Assembly (NCBI GenBank): GCA_963734545.1
Contig: CAVTHO010000007.1
Span: 160,001-224,000 of the forward strand
DNA length: 64,000 bases
Direction: 5' to 3'
Source: an uncultured Spirochaetota bacterium
Lineage (GTDB): Bacteria > Spirochaetota > Spirochaetia > SZUA-6 > Fen-1364
The translations under genes were made by a program, and so were the position numbers. Under the pieces are notes generated by a model. The model made no database searches. It worked only from the letters and a program-made list of their open reading frames with translations, and was not told the DNA's origin. Numbering within the stretch: the first letter of the stretch is position 1; every line of letters begins with the position of its first letter. Positions 38,890 through 49,826 of this stretch are shown piece after piece.

Positions 38890-40038
38890 GCGAGGACCGA
38901 TTGCTGCTCGACGTCCTTGTTTCCCCGCTCAAGACGAGATTCGACATCACGCTCCAATGGTTCGCGGCGGAGGACGAGGGGCGCACCGAAGAGCCCTCGG
39001 AACACAAAATCCGCAAGGCCCGGGAGGAGGGCAAGGTTGCGCGCTCCGGCGAAGTGAGCTCCTCACTCGTCCTTCTTGCCGGCGTCGCCACCCTGGGGCT
39101 GCTCGGGGAATACATCATGCGCATGAGCGCGCAGATGTTCACCTTCTTTCTCTCCCGCACGGGGAACCCGGACGCCTTCAACGGCGGGCTCCTGAGCGCG
39201 TTCATGAGCTGGCTGGCCGCCATCGCCCTGCCCGGTTCTCGTCGTCGTATTCGTCGTGGCCATCCTGGGCAACGTGATCCAGGTGGGATTTCTTTTCACG
39301 GTGAAGCCCATCACGCCGGATTTCAGCCGTGTCGTGCCGCGGGTCAACCGATGGCTGCAGCGGTCGTTCGCGTCCGCGGAAGCGGTTTTCAATTTCGCCA
39401 AATCGATGGTCAAGATCGCGATCATCAGCGCCATCGCGTACCTCAACATCAGCGCGGAGCTGCCCCGTCTCACCCGCCTCGCCCTGTCCGCATTCCTCGC
39501 CGCGGTTTCCGTGATCGCGCAGATCGGGTTCCGCATCCTGCTGGAGGCGGCAGTCGCGCTGCTCATTTTCTCCGCGGTGGACTACTGGTTCCAGAGACGC
39601 CAGCACCTCGAGTCCCTCAAGATGTCGCGGCAGGAAGTGAAGGAAGAACGCAAGATGTACGAGGGAGACCCCCTCACGCGCAGCCGGCTGCGGGAGCGCA
39701 TGAGGGAGATCATGCGTCGGACCATGTTGAAGGCGGTCCCCAAGGCCGACGTCGTGATCACGAACCCCACCCACTTCGCGGTCGCCCTGGAGTACAACCG
39801 GGCGCTGATGATCGCCCCCACGGTGGTGGCGAAGGGTGTGGACCTCGTTGCCCAGAAGATCAAGGAGGTGGCCGCCGAGAACAATGTTCCCATAATGGAG
39901 AACAAGCCGCTCGCGCAGGCCCTCTACCACGAGGTGGAAATCGGCGACACCATTCCCGAAAAGTTCTACGAGGCCATTTCCATCATCCTGGCCGAGGTGT
40001 ACAAGCTCAGCAACAAGACGGCGGAGGCCGCGGTATGA
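38886..40038 (+). CDS. flhB: Flagellar export protein FlhB; frameshift near 39231
   Basis: RTEEPSEHKIRKAREEG, LKMSRQEVKEE, EGDP, NPTH autocleavage motif. Confidence 0.95.
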
Positions 40039-40056
40039 ACGGACGGGAGATAGACA

Positions 40057-42141
40057 ATGGCTGACGCGCGCGCGGTTGCGGGAAACATCTGGTCCCAGAG
40101 GAGCGATGTGCTGGTGGCCATCGGCGTCGTGGTGGTGATCATGATGCTTCTGATCCCGCTGCCCGCCGTCCTGCTGGACATCCTTCTCGCGGCAAACCTC
40201 GTCCTGGCCCTGCTGGTGATCCTGACGGTCCTGTACACGCGGCATGCGCTCGAGTTCTCCGTGTTTCCCTCGCTGCTCCTGATCGCGACCGTATTCGGGC
40301 TCGCGCTCAACGTTTCCTCCACCCGGCTCATCCTCTCGCAGGGAAGCAACTTCCAGGGCCACATCATCAGGGCGTTCGCGACCTTCGTCGTCGGCACCAA
40401 GGGCGTTGAAGGCTACGTGATCGGCCTCATCATATTCATCATCATCATCGCCGTGCAGTTCATCGTCATCACAAAGGGCGCCACGCGTGTCGCGGAAGTG
40501 GCCGCGCGCTTCACTCTCGACGCGCTTCCCGGCAAGCAGATGGCAATCGAAGCGGAATACAATTCCGGCCTCCTGACCGAGGAAGAGGCGACGAGAAAGA
40601 AGAACGACCTGCAGCGCGAGGCGGATTTCTACGGCTCAATGGACGGCGCGTCGAAGTTCATATCGGGCAACGTCAAAGTCGGCATTCTCATCACGGTGGT
40701 GCAGATCGTGGGCGGCCTGATCGTCGGCATGACCCTCCACGGCGAGCCGTGGAATGTAGCCGTTGACACGTACATCTCTCTTGCCATAGGAGACGGTCTC
40801 GTGACCCAGCTGCCGGCGCTTCTTATCTCCACCGCCACCGGCATCATCGTCACCCGCGCCATCTCCGACTCTTCCTTCGGCAAGGACATTACCAAGCAGT
40901 TTTCCAGCCAGGCCCGGCCGTACCTCATTGCCGCGGCCTTCCTGGTGGTCCTCTCCTTCCTGCCCGGGTTCCCGTGGTACGTGCTGCTTCCCATGGCGGC
41001 CCTGATCGGTGTTCTGGGCTTTGCCCTCACCCGCAAGCAGATCGCGGAGGAAGAGAAGACGAAGAGCAGGGAGGTCGCGGACAGGGAGAAGGCGGCGCCC
41101 GCGGAGATCTCTCCCGTGGTGCCCCTTGACCCGCTTTCCCTGGAGATCGGCTACGGGCTGATTCCGCTGGTGGACAAAGAGCAGGGAGCCGAGCTCCTGG
41201 ACCGCATCACGCGGATACGACGCGAATCGGCGCTGGAGCTGGGGCTCGTCGTTCCGCGCATTCGCATCATAGACAACATGCGGCTCGAGCCCTCCGAATA
41301 CTCCTTCAAGATCCGGGGCGTGGAGGTGGGGCGGGGAAAGATCAAGATCGGCCACTACCTCGCCATCCAGCCGGGGAAAAAGACGGAGGAGATACAGGGC
41401 GAGCCGACGCGGGACCCGGCCTTCGGCCTTCCCGCGGTGTGGATCACGGAAGAGGACAGAGAGCGGGCGGAGCGGCTCGGGTATACGGTCGTCGATCCTC
41501 CTTCCATCATCGCGACGCACCTGACCGAGATCATCAAGCGCTACGCCGCGGACATCCTGGGCAGGCAGGAAGTGCAATCCATACTGGACGCGCTGAAGGC
41601 CGACTACCCGGCGGTGGTGGAAGAGGTGAGGAAGGCGCTCGGCATCGGGGAGATACAGAAGGTGCTGCAGGGTCTGCTGACGGAGCGGGTGTCCGTGCGC
41701 AACATGGTCGTGATCCTGGAAACACTCGCGGACTATGGAACCGTCACGAAGGACATCGGGTTCCTGATCGAGAAGGTCCGCCAGGCGCTGGGCAGGCAGA
41801 TCTGCCTCCAGTACTGCGACGAGAACAAGGTCCTGCGGGTCCTCACCATAGAGCCCTCATTGGAGAAGAAGATCATCGATTCCCGGCTGGAAACCAACCG
41901 CGGCATCGTGGCGGGTCTCGACCCCGCGCTGCACCGCAAATGGATCAGCGCGCTCACCAACGCGGTGAAGGCGGTCCAGGAGCAGGGCCTGCACGAGGTC
42001 ATCCTGTGCTCGGAGGCGGCGCGCCCGCTTGTGAAGTCGGGAACCGGGCGCGAAATTCCGCACCTCGCGGTCATTTCGAGCCTCGAGGTGGCGTCGGACG
42101 TCACCGTCGAGGCTCTCGGTGAGATAAGGATAGAAGGATAA
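40057..42141 (+). CDS. flhA: Flagellar export protein FlhA
   Basis: ITKGATRVAEVAARFTLDALPGKQMAI, FYGSMDGASKF, IGDGLV. Confidence 0.98.
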   Translation: MADARAVAGNIWSQRSDVLVAIGVVVVIMMLLIPLPAVLLDILLAANLVLALLVILTVLYTRHALEFSVFPSLLLIATVFGLALNVSSTRLILSQGSNFQGHIIRAFATFVVGTKGVEGYVIGLIIFIIIIAVQFIVITKGATRVAEVAARFTLDALPGKQMAIEAEYNSGLLTEEEATRKKNDLQREADFYGSMDGASKFISGNVKVGILITVVQIVGGLIVGMTLHGEPWNVAVDTYISLAIGDGLVTQLPALLISTATGIIVTRAISDSSFGKDITKQFSSQARPYLIAAAFLVVLSFLPGFPWYVLLPMAALIGVLGFALTRKQIAEEEKTKSREVADREKAAPAEISPVVPLDPLSLEIGYGLIPLVDKEQGAELLDRITRIRRESALELGLVVPRIRIIDNMRLEPSEYSFKIRGVEVGRGKIKIGHYLAIQPGKKTEEIQGEPTRDPAFGLPAVWITEEDRERAERLGYTVVDPPSIIATHLTEIIKRYAADILGRQEVQSILDALKADYPAVVEEVRKALGIGEIQKVLQGLLTERVSVRNMVVILETLADYGTVTKDIGFLIEKVRQALGRQICLQYCDENKVLRVLTIEPSLEKKIIDSRLETNRGIVAGLDPALHRKWISALTNAVKAVQEQGLHEVILCSEAARPLVKSGTGREIPHLAVISSLEVASDVTVEALGEIRIEG

Positions 42142-42158
42142 CCAGGAGCAACCAGGGC

Positions 42159-43333
42159 ATGCAATACTTTACCATCCAGGCGCGATCGAACAGGGAAGCG
42201 ATAGAGAAGATGAAGAGCAGCTATGGCGAAGATGCGCGTATCCTTACGCACCGCAGCGTCCGGATGGGCGGTTTTCTCGGCATGTTTTCCGCGGAAGGCG
42301 TGGAGGTGACCGGCTACCTCTCGGAGGACGGCAACCGGAAGAAGAAGGCGGACGTGGAAGAAGAGAAGAAGAAGATACTGGAGCAGGTGAAAAAGGAGCA
42401 GACCCTTCAGGTATTGTTGAAGGAGATCCAGGGATTGAGAGAGTCCCTGGAGAGCCGCACGGTTCCTCCCCCCCGACGGCCGCGGATGCGCATCCCGCGC
42501 TCCGCCAGATCGATGATCTGCTCGCCGCCAACGAGTTTTCCTCGGAGTTCATCGCGTCCCTCCATGAAAGAACGCGCAAGGAGTTTTCCCTTGAAACCCT
42601 CGAGAACTACGGGCTCCTGCAGAGCGCGGTCGTCGGCTGGATAGGCGAACGGATCGACATCGATCCGCCTCTCCGCTTCAATGGCACCGGCTCGAAGATC
42701 GTCATCGTCGTTGGCCCCACCGGAGTGGGGAAAACGACCACCATCGCCAAGCTTGCCGCAATCTACGGGATCGGCGACGGACATCGGCCTGCGCGAAGCG
42801 TGCGCATCATCACCATAGACAACTACCGCATCGCGGCCCGGCAGCAGATCGAGACATACGCGGAGATCATGCGCATTCCGGTGAGCCTGGTGGAGAGCGC
42901 CGCGGACCTCCAGAAGAACCTTGCGCTGTATCAGAACACCGACCTGATCCTCGTGGATACGATCGGCCGAAGTCCCCGCGATCTCGCCAAGCTCGCGGAA
43001 ATGAAGGAAATCCTCGCCAGCTGCGGCAGCCAGGCCTGCGTCTATCTCGCCCTCGCGGCCACTACCAAGGCCAGTGACACGGAGGAGATCCTCCGCCAGT
43101 TCGAGCCCTTCGGCTACCGGGCCGTCATCCTCACGAAGCTCGACGAGACGATGCGGATCGGCAATGTGATCTCCTGTCTCGCGCGCCACCGCAAGCCGGT
43201 GGCATACCTCTGCGACGGGCAGGGGGTGCCGCAGGACCTCGAGGAGGCCACCGTGGTGCGCATGCTCATGAATATGGAAGGGTTCCGGATCGACCGCGAG
43301 GCCCTTGAAAACCGCTTCGGGAGAGGAAGCTGA
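42159..43333 (+). CDS. flhF: SRP-family GTPase FlhF; frameshift in C-run near 42470
   Basis: N-terminal EAIEKMK...GEDARIL; GPTGVGKTTTIAKLAA, DNYRIAA, TKLDET, GQGVPQD. Confidence 0.94.
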
Positions 43334-43336
43334 AAA

Positions 43337-44281
43337 ATGGCAGACCAGGCGGAGAAGCTGCGGGAATTGGTGGGCGGGAGCGCCGCGCGGAGCGCGAAAG
43401 AGTCCGGCGCGGCCGGGACCTCGGATGCCGCTCGGAAAGCGGAGCGCCCTGCGAAGGCGCCGGAGACCTCGGAAGGCCGCAAGGCCACGCGCATCATCGC
43501 CGTTTCCAGCGGCAAGGGCGGGGTGGGCAAGACCAATATCGCCATCAACCTCGCCCTGGCGTATGCCCAGGCGGGCAAGAAAGTCATCGTGATGGATGCG
43601 GACCTCGGCCTGGCGAATGTCAATGTTGTGCTGGGCGTCATTCCCCGGTACAATCTCTACCACCTCATCCGCAAGCAGAAATCCCTGTCGGAAATCCTCG
43701 TCGACACGAGCTACGGGATCAAGATAATCGCCGGCGCCTCGGGGTTCTCCAAGATCGCCAACCTCACCGAGGACGAAAGGCGGGACTTCATATCGGAGTT
43801 GGCCGCGCTCTCGAACGCCGACGTCCTCATCATCGACTGTGCCGCGGGTGTGAGCAACAATGTCATTTCATTCATCGCGGCCGCGGACGACGCCCTGATC
43901 GTCACTACTCCCGAGCCCACGGCCATTACGGATGCCTATGGGATCATCAAGATCATCGCCACCGAGATCGAGAATCTCGACCTCGGGCTGAAATTGATCG
44001 TGAACCGCGTGAAATCGGTCGTCGAAGGAAAGAGGGTCGCGGAAAGGGTCATCAATATCGCCGGCCAGTTCCTGAACCTCAAGGTTGATTACCTGGGATT
44101 CGTTTTCGATGACCCCGTGGTGCATGCGGCCGTGGTCCGGCAGAAGCCTTTTCTCATTCTCGAGCCGAAATCCAGGGCGTCCCTGTGCATCCGCCATCTC
44201 CTGGGCCGGCTGGAAGACTACGATTACCGGGACGGAAAGGGCATCCCCACGTTTCTCAAGAAGCTCTTTGGAGGCAAGTAG
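43337..44281 (+). CDS. flhG: MinD-like ATPase FlhG/FleN
   Basis: [39 protein letters not shown]. Confidence 0.94.
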   Translation: MADQAEKLRELVGGSAARSAKESGAAGTSDAARKAERPAKAPETSEGRKATRIIAVSSGKGGVGKTNIAINLALAYAQAGKKVIVMDADLGLANVNVVLGVIPRYNLYHLIRKQKSLSEILVDTSYGIKIIAGASGFSKIANLTEDERRDFISELAALSNADVLIIDCAAGVSNNVISFIAAADDALIVTTPEPTAITDAYGIIKIIATEIENLDLGLKLIVNRVKSVVEGKRVAERVINIAGQFLNLKVDYLGFVFDDPVVHAAVVRQKPFLILEPKSRASLCIRHLLGRLEDYDYRDGKGIPTFLKKLFGGK

Positions 44282-44316
44282 GCACATGCAGGCGCCAGAA
44301 GGACGTTCGAGGGGGC

Positions 44317-44405
44317 AGCGATTCTCATTTTGCACCTTCAGGCGCCCAGGTCGGCAGTTCTCCACGCACTCTGTGCCTTTTCGATGGGGCAAAATGAGAA
44401 GCGCT
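44317..44405. repeat. Long imperfect inverted repeat in the flhG downstream intergenic region
   Basis: TTCTCATTTTGC (44322-44333) and GCAAAATGAGAA (44389-44400), flanked by AGCG/CGCT. Confidence 0.8.
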
Positions 44406-44451
44406 CATTCGGTAACGCAAACAGAGAATTGGCGGTCGAAGGGGGGCATTG

Positions 44452-44480
44452 TTGACTCTGCGCCTGCTTTCCCCTACTGT
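44452..44480 (+). promoter_or_regulatory. Putative sigma70 promoter for the hypothetical-fliA-fapA block
   Basis: TTGACT-N17-TACTGT. Confidence 0.5.
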
Positions 44481-44500
44481 TACCTCGGGGGGTCGGTCCG

Positions 44501-45328
44501 GTGAAGGACTTTGTCAGGGAATACTGGAAATCCGCGGCCGCGGGCGCGGCCGGGTCATTTCTCCTGTCCTTGCTGGTCGGCCTCGTCACCCGCAATCCCT
44601 TTGGAGTGGTGTTGCTGCGCGCTTTGCTGCTCGCCGTGCTCTTCGCCGGCCTGGCGGCGGCGTTGAGGTACCTGATCCGGACGCATCTGCTCGAGACTGC
44701 CAGGGAGGGGGCCTCTGCACAAGCGGGCGGTGGTGACACGCGTAGTGATCGCCGGGGGGAGCGGATCGACATCGTTCTGCCGGAAGAAAGCCCGATCGGG
44801 AGCGAAAGCTACGGCACAGGCGGCCGGGGATCACGCTCGCCAGGCCTTGAAGATGAGAATCCTTCTCCTCTCGGTGCTGGCCTGGGTCAGGAAGAAGGCG
44901 CCGTACCCGGCGGATTTGCCAGCGAGCAGGCTGATTCGGAAGGACTGGCGGAGCTCGCGGAGGAGCTGGCCGAGGAGGTGCCCCAATCCGCCGCGTACGG
45001 GAGTACCTCGCACGCCGGCGCGCAGGCCGGTGAGACCGAGGAGATCCCGGAAGACACGGTTGAAGCGGAGGAATCGGACGAAATGCGGGACAACGCCGAC
45101 GCCCGGGGTCCCGGCAAGCGAATATCGGATGAACGGGACGGTCTGCCGGACATTTCCAACCTGGAAATAGCCACGGAGACGAATGGCGATGAGCCGGAAG
45201 CGCTCCCGGGCAACCGGCCCGGCAGTGCGCGTCCCGAGGACGCGCTGCGCGGCGCCGTGAGCGGGCAGGACCCTGCCACCATTGCGCGGGCAATTCGGAC
45301 GGTCTTGAAGCGTGATGATAAAGGATAG
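44501..45328 (+). CDS. Hypothetical membrane protein (2 TM plus acidic disordered tail) upstream of fliA
   Basis: Two hydrophobic helices and C-terminal [13 protein letters not shown]. Confidence 0.8.
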   Translation: MKDFVREYWKSAAAGAAGSFLLSLLVGLVTRNPFGVVLLRALLLAVLFAGLAAALRYLIRTHLLETAREGASAQAGGGDTRSDRRGERIDIVLPEESPIGSESYGTGGRGSRSPGLEDENPSPLGAGLGQEEGAVPGGFASEQADSEGLAELAEELAEEVPQSAAYGSTSHAGAQAGETEEIPEDTVEAEESDEMRDNADARGPGKRISDERDGLPDISNLEIATETNGDEPEALPGNRPGSARPEDALRGAVSGQDPATIARAIRTVLKRDDKG

Positions 45329-45335
45329 AGCGGAT

Positions 45336-46124
45336 ATGGCCGAAAGCCTTTGGAATGGAAAATCCGAGGAGGAGCTCTGGAAGCTCTATCGTCGCACGAA
45401 AGAGCAGAAACTGCGTGACTATTTCGTGAGACAGTACGCGCCGCTCGTGAAATACGTCGCGGGCAAGGTCGCGCTCGGCATGCCGCAGAACGTGGAGTTC
45501 GATGACCTCGTCGGCTTCGGCGTGTTCGGCCTTTTTGACGCAATAGACAAGTTCGATCCCGGCAAGAACGTGAAATTCAAGACCTATGCCGTCACGCGCA
45601 TTCGCGGCGCCATCTTCGACGAGCTGCGCACCATCGACTGGGTGCCGCGGTCTGTCCGGCAGAAAGCGCGCGAAGTGGAAGAAACGGTGCGCCGCCTGGA
45701 GTCTTCGCTCGGCCGGGCCGCCTCGGACGAGGAAATCGCCTCCGGCATGGAGATGGAGCTGAAGGAGTTTCAGCAGATGATGCTGAAGATCAGCGGCACC
45801 TCGATGCTTTCCCTGCACGACATCTGGTACACGGGGGAGGACAACGACAAGATCTCCATCGCGGAGAGCATCGAAAGCCCCGGCAGCCTCAACCCTGACA
45901 CGATCGTGGAAAAGGATGAGATCAAGCGCGTCATCGTTGATGCGATCAAGGAGCTGCCGGAGAAGGAAAAAAAGGTGCTGGTGCTGTATTATTACGAGGA
46001 CCTGACCCTGAAGGAAATCGGCGAAGTCCTCGAGGTCACGGAGAGCCGGGTTTCGCAGCTTCACACCAAGGCGGTCATGCGGCTGCGCGCCAAGCTCACC
46101 AGCTTCAAGAGAGGGATCGTGTAG
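45336..46124 (+). CDS. fliA: RNA polymerase sigma-28 factor FliA/WhiG
   Basis: [50 protein letters not shown]. Confidence 0.96.
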   Translation: MAESLWNGKSEEELWKLYRRTKEQKLRDYFVRQYAPLVKYVAGKVALGMPQNVEFDDLVGFGVFGLFDAIDKFDPGKNVKFKTYAVTRIRGAIFDELRTIDWVPRSVRQKAREVEETVRRLESSLGRAASDEEIASGMEMELKEFQQMMLKISGTSMLSLHDIWYTGEDNDKISIAESIESPGSLNPDTIVEKDEIKRVIVDAIKELPEKEKKVLVLYYYEDLTLKEIGEVLEVTESRVSQLHTKAVMRLRAKLTSFKRGIV

Positions 46125-46136
46125 GGGGCCCGAAAA

Positions 46137-48120
46137 ATGTCTGCCGCCACCAACCCGCGCAGCACCTCCGTCGTCACCCTGGAAGAGATCCGGGAATACA
46201 TGCGGCTTCAGTCCGAAGAGGACAAGAAGAACCGCGCAATCGCGGTGCAGGCGGAAAGCGTGCCGGAAGCTCTTCAAAAAGCCTCCATTGAACTGGGGAT
46301 ACCCGTGCGGGCGCTCGAGTACGAGATACTCGAAAAAGGCTCCTCCGGCGCGCTCGGCATAGGACGCAGGCTCTGGAAGCTCAACGTCTACGAACGGTCG
46401 AAGGAAGTGAAGACCTCCGTCGAGGTCGCGGAGGAGACCCACGGCGAGGCGCAGCCCGCGGCGCGGCCGGAAGACAAGCCGAAGGACAGGCCGGGAGAGG
46501 TATTCGTGCGCATCGCGGGAGGGGCGGCGCTTCTGCGGGTCACGAAGCCGCAGGGCAGGGGACCTCGCGCCACGGAGATCATGGCGCTGGAGAAGTTGTC
46601 CCTGCGGGGGGTCTCCAACTTCGATCCTTCCCTCGTATCGCGCGTCGTCAAGCACGCGGACGGCGAATACATCCGGGTGGCGGACATCCAGTACATCCCG
46701 TCGCATGACGCAACTGCTTCCATTGACATCACCGACGGCGAGATGAAGGCCGTCCTCATGATAACCGAGCCGGGTCGAGGCGGCGCGGACATCTCCGCCG
46801 ATTTTCTGCGCTCGTTCCTCCAGTCCCGCGGCGTCGTTCACGGCGTGCGGGAGGACGCGCTGGCGGAGATCGAGTCCTCGCCGAGGTATGGGCGGCCCAT
46901 TGTGGTCGCGGAAGGCACAAAGGCCCATGATGGCGCGAATGCGCACATCGTCCATAACTTCAGGCTGGAGCGCGACGAGGTCACGCTGAAAGAAAAAGAC
47001 GGGCGAGTCGATTTCAAGGACATCTCCCAGGTGGAGAATGTGGTGGCCGGTCAGCTCCTTGCGCGCAAGGTCCCTGCCGAACCCGGCCAGCCGGGACAGA
47101 CCGTGACCGGGCAGCATGATCCCGGCGGCAAAAGGGAAGGACTGTGACCTTCTGGTCGGCAAGAACGTCAAGCTCTCGGAAGACGGGTTGTCCGCGCTTG
47201 CCGAGATCAACGGCCAGGTTCTCCTTCTGGCCGGGAAGATCAATGTGGAGCCGATCTACACCATCCCCGGCGACGTGAATCTCCACACCGGCAACATACT
47301 CTTTCTGGGCACCGTGATCGTGCGGGGAAACGTGGAGGACGGCTTCTCCGTCAAGGCGGCGGGGAACATCGAGGTATTCGGCAGCGTGGGGAAATGCCTG
47401 ATCGACGCGGAGGGTGACATCGTCGTGCACCAGGGAATCGCGGCGAAGACGGAGGGCAAGATCCGCTGCGGAAAGAGCCTGTACTCCAAGTTCATCGAGC
47501 ATGCGCACGTGGATGCCGGTGAATACGTCGTCGTGACCGACGGCATCGTGCACTCCCACGTGGACGCCAACCGCATGATTCTCTGCCAGGGCAAACGCGC
47601 CCAGATCGTGGGAGGGCACCTGCGCGCCTCGGAAGAAATCAACTCGAAGATTCTCGGATCCGTTGCGGGAACAGAGACTCTCCTGGAGGTGGGCTACGAT
47701 CCCCGCAGTAAAGAGCGGCTGGTCGGGCTCGAAGAGGCGAAAAGGCCCGTGGAAAAGATGCTCGAGGAAGTCGAGCTCAACATCAAGACACTGGAAAACC
47801 TCCAGAAGGTGCAGAGAAAGCTGCCGCCGGAGAAGGCGCAATACCTCACCGAGCAGAGTGAAAAGCGTTCCGAGCTGCTCCGCCAGCTCGAAGAGGTCAC
47901 GCGGGAGATCGGGTCGATCAATGCGCATCTTGCGGCCTTGAACACGATCGGGAAGATCTCGGCCTCCGAGCGCGTCTACCCGGGCGTCAAGCTGACCATC
48001 AAGAACGCCACGCTTCCCGTCCGCATCGAGTTCAAGTCAGTCACATTCTTCCTTCAGAGCGGTGACGTAAAGGTGACGAAATACGAAGCCTTCGACGAAT
48101 CTTTGATGAGGAGACGCTGA
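46137..48120 (+). CDS. FapA/DUF342 family protein with Jag-like N-terminal domain; frameshift near 47109
   Basis: EALQKASIELG...YEILEKG N-domain; GRVDFK, GDVNLHTGNI, VYPGVKL. Confidence 0.88.
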
Positions 48121-48121
48121 G

Positions 48122-48448
48122 GTGGCCCTGCTGCCCATCGACCTGCAGACACTCTTCACCCAGGCCAATCAGGTCGGCAAGGAGCAGGCGGTGCAGAAGG
48201 AGGCAGCACCTCAGGCCCAGTCCCTGCAGGGCGCGCAGCTCGTGCAGAAGACCGAGCAGCGCGACAACGACGTGAATGAAACACACGACCAGGAGGAAGG
48301 CCCCGAACAGATAAAGGACAAGGCCCGCAGGGGAGCGGATCGCAAACGGAAGCAGAGCGCGGAAAAACGCAAGCCCGCGGCGCCGCCTTCCGCGAAAGAC
48401 GTGGTGCGTGACCCCGCGCTCGGCCGGAACGTCGACATCACCAGTTGA
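48122..48448 (+). CDS. Hypothetical protein
   Basis: PIDLQTLF N-terminus and LGRNVDIT C-terminus, a pattern seen in small genes next to fapA. Confidence 0.75.
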   Translation: MALLPIDLQTLFTQANQVGKEQAVQKEAAPQAQSLQGAQLVQKTEQRDNDVNETHDQEEGPEQIKDKARRGADRKRKQSAEKRKPAAPPSAKDVVRDPALGRNVDITS

Positions 48449-48451
48449 GAC

Positions 48452-49243
48452 ATGTGGTACACGGTACTCATCACGCTTATCCTCGATGTCGGCGGGCTCC
48501 TGCTGATCTATGTGCTCCTGCGCGACAGGGTCCGCCGCGCGGCCTCCAGTGACGCTCAGATCGCGGAAATCCGGGACGAAGTGAGCCGCCTGCTCGTGGA
48601 GCTCAACCGGACCACGGACAGAAACATCGCCCTGATCGAGGACAGGATTGCCAGTCTCAATGAGCTCCTTTCCAGCGCCGATAAGAAGATAGGCCTGCTC
48701 CGGCGGGAGACCGAAAAGCACGATGTAGGGACCCAGATCTACAGCAGGCTGGCAGAGGGCAGGTCACGGGCTGCAGGAGCCCAGGCCGCGGCCGCACCGG
48801 GCCGGCAGCCGCGCCAGGAGCGCGAGGAAATGCCTCAGCCGCAACCGCAGGCGCGCCAGGAGCGCGAAGGAGGGGCCGGAGGCGTGGTGGCAGCGGGAGC
48901 AGCCGCGAGGATGACGCCAAGAGTGGCTGCGGGGGTAGCGGCGGGCAGCGCCCCGCAGCTTTCAGTGGAGCTGTCCGATGGGCCGGAGAGTCGCGTGGAG
49001 CGCGGCGGTCTCGAATCGCGCCAGGAGCGCGGCGGTCTCGAATCGCGCCAGGAGCGCGACCAAACGCCGCATCTGGGCCAGGAGCGCGACGAGGCGGCCG
49101 GCAGACCGCCCGATCTCCAGCAGCGCGTCGTGATGCTTCACAACGCGGGTTTTGCCGCTTCCCTCATCGCAAGCCGAGTCGGTGTTCCACTCGGGGAGGT
49201 GGAGTTGATCATTGCATTGCAGGAGAGGAAAGGACGAGCGTGA
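48452..49243 (+). CDS. TM plus coiled-coil protein with C-terminal HTH-like motif and repeat-rich linker
   Basis: N-terminal TM, ELNRTTDRNIALIE coiled coil, C-terminal IASRVGVPLGEVELI. Confidence 0.8.
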   Translation: MWYTVLITLILDVGGLLLIYVLLRDRVRRAASSDAQIAEIRDEVSRLLVELNRTTDRNIALIEDRIASLNELLSSADKKIGLLRRETEKHDVGTQIYSRLAEGRSRAAGAQAAAAPGRQPRQEREEMPQPQPQARQEREGGAGGVVAAGAAARMTPRVAAGVAAGSAPQLSVELSDGPESRVERGGLESRQERGGLESRQERDQTPHLGQERDEAAGRPPDLQQRVVMLHNAGFAASLIASRVGVPLGEVELIIALQERKGRA

Positions 49244-49268
49244 CCTACAAACTGCGACAGGAGCGCAG
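48809..49268. repeat. Hairpin repeat family B (CGCGC-CAGGA-GCGCG; RQER), cluster of about 7 copies
   Basis: Copies at 48809 and 48851, 27-bp tandem units about 48987-49059, 49077, and intergenic CTGCG-ACAGGAG-CGCAG at 49252-49268. Confidence 0.85.
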
Positions 49269-49349
49269 GGCCGCATGAATGCCATGATCGCGGGGCGCTT
49301 TTCGCGGACCGAATGGTCGTGCGATATCAAACGGAGGACCTAGCCGTCC

Positions 49350-49826
49350 ATGGGAGAGCGCTACGTGTCATTCAGCCTTGCCAACGGCCACTTCTGCGTG
49401 CCCGTGAACCAGGTGCTCCAGATCCTGCGTCGCGAGAATCTCATCGAGATCCCGAAGCCCCCTCCGTATGTGGAGGGCGTCATCAACCTTCGAGGCAACA
49501 TCATTCCCGTCGTCAATCTCCGCGCGCGTCTGGAGATCGCGCATGGTGAGAGAGGGGAGCACCGGGAGCCGGATCCGCGCAAGAGGCGGATCATCATCAC
49601 CCGGGTGGGAAGCCGCTCCTATGGACTCGACGTCGACGAGGTGCGCGAAATCGTGGATATCGAGGAATCCGGCATCAGCCAGGACGCCACCTCGCTGTTC
49701 GGCGCACGGGCGGATTTCATCCGCGGAATCGCGCGCCGCGACGAAAGCCTCTACCTGATGCTCGACCTGCCGCGCGTGTTCGCCGTCGGCAGGGACGTGC
49801 CGGGCACGCTTGCGGGGCAATCCTGA
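49350..49826 (+). CDS. cheW: Chemotaxis adaptor CheW
   Basis: YVSFSL, IPKPPPYVEGVINLRGNIIPVVNLR, GLDVDEV. Confidence 0.93.
   Translation: MGERYVSFSLANGHFCVPVNQVLQILRRENLIEIPKPPPYVEGVINLRGNIIPVVNLRARLEIAHGERGEHREPDPRKRRIIITRVGSRSYGLDVDEVREIVDIEESGISQDATSLFGARADFIRGIARRDESLYLMLDLPRVFAVGRDVPGTLAGQS

Noticed and set aside
44985-45006. AATCCGCCGCGTACGGGAGTACC as a family A copy
   Set aside because: Partial similarity only and the stem is not intact; not counted
46152-46166. NPRST at the FapA N-terminus as a family A remnant
   Set aside because: It matches the peptide frame but differs at three wobble positions over 15 nt with no hairpin; too short to support
44586-47243. 885-aa minus-strand ORF and many other long antisense ORFs
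   Set aside because: Shadow ORFs opposite well-supported genes, expected from high-GC codon bias; no recognisable motifs
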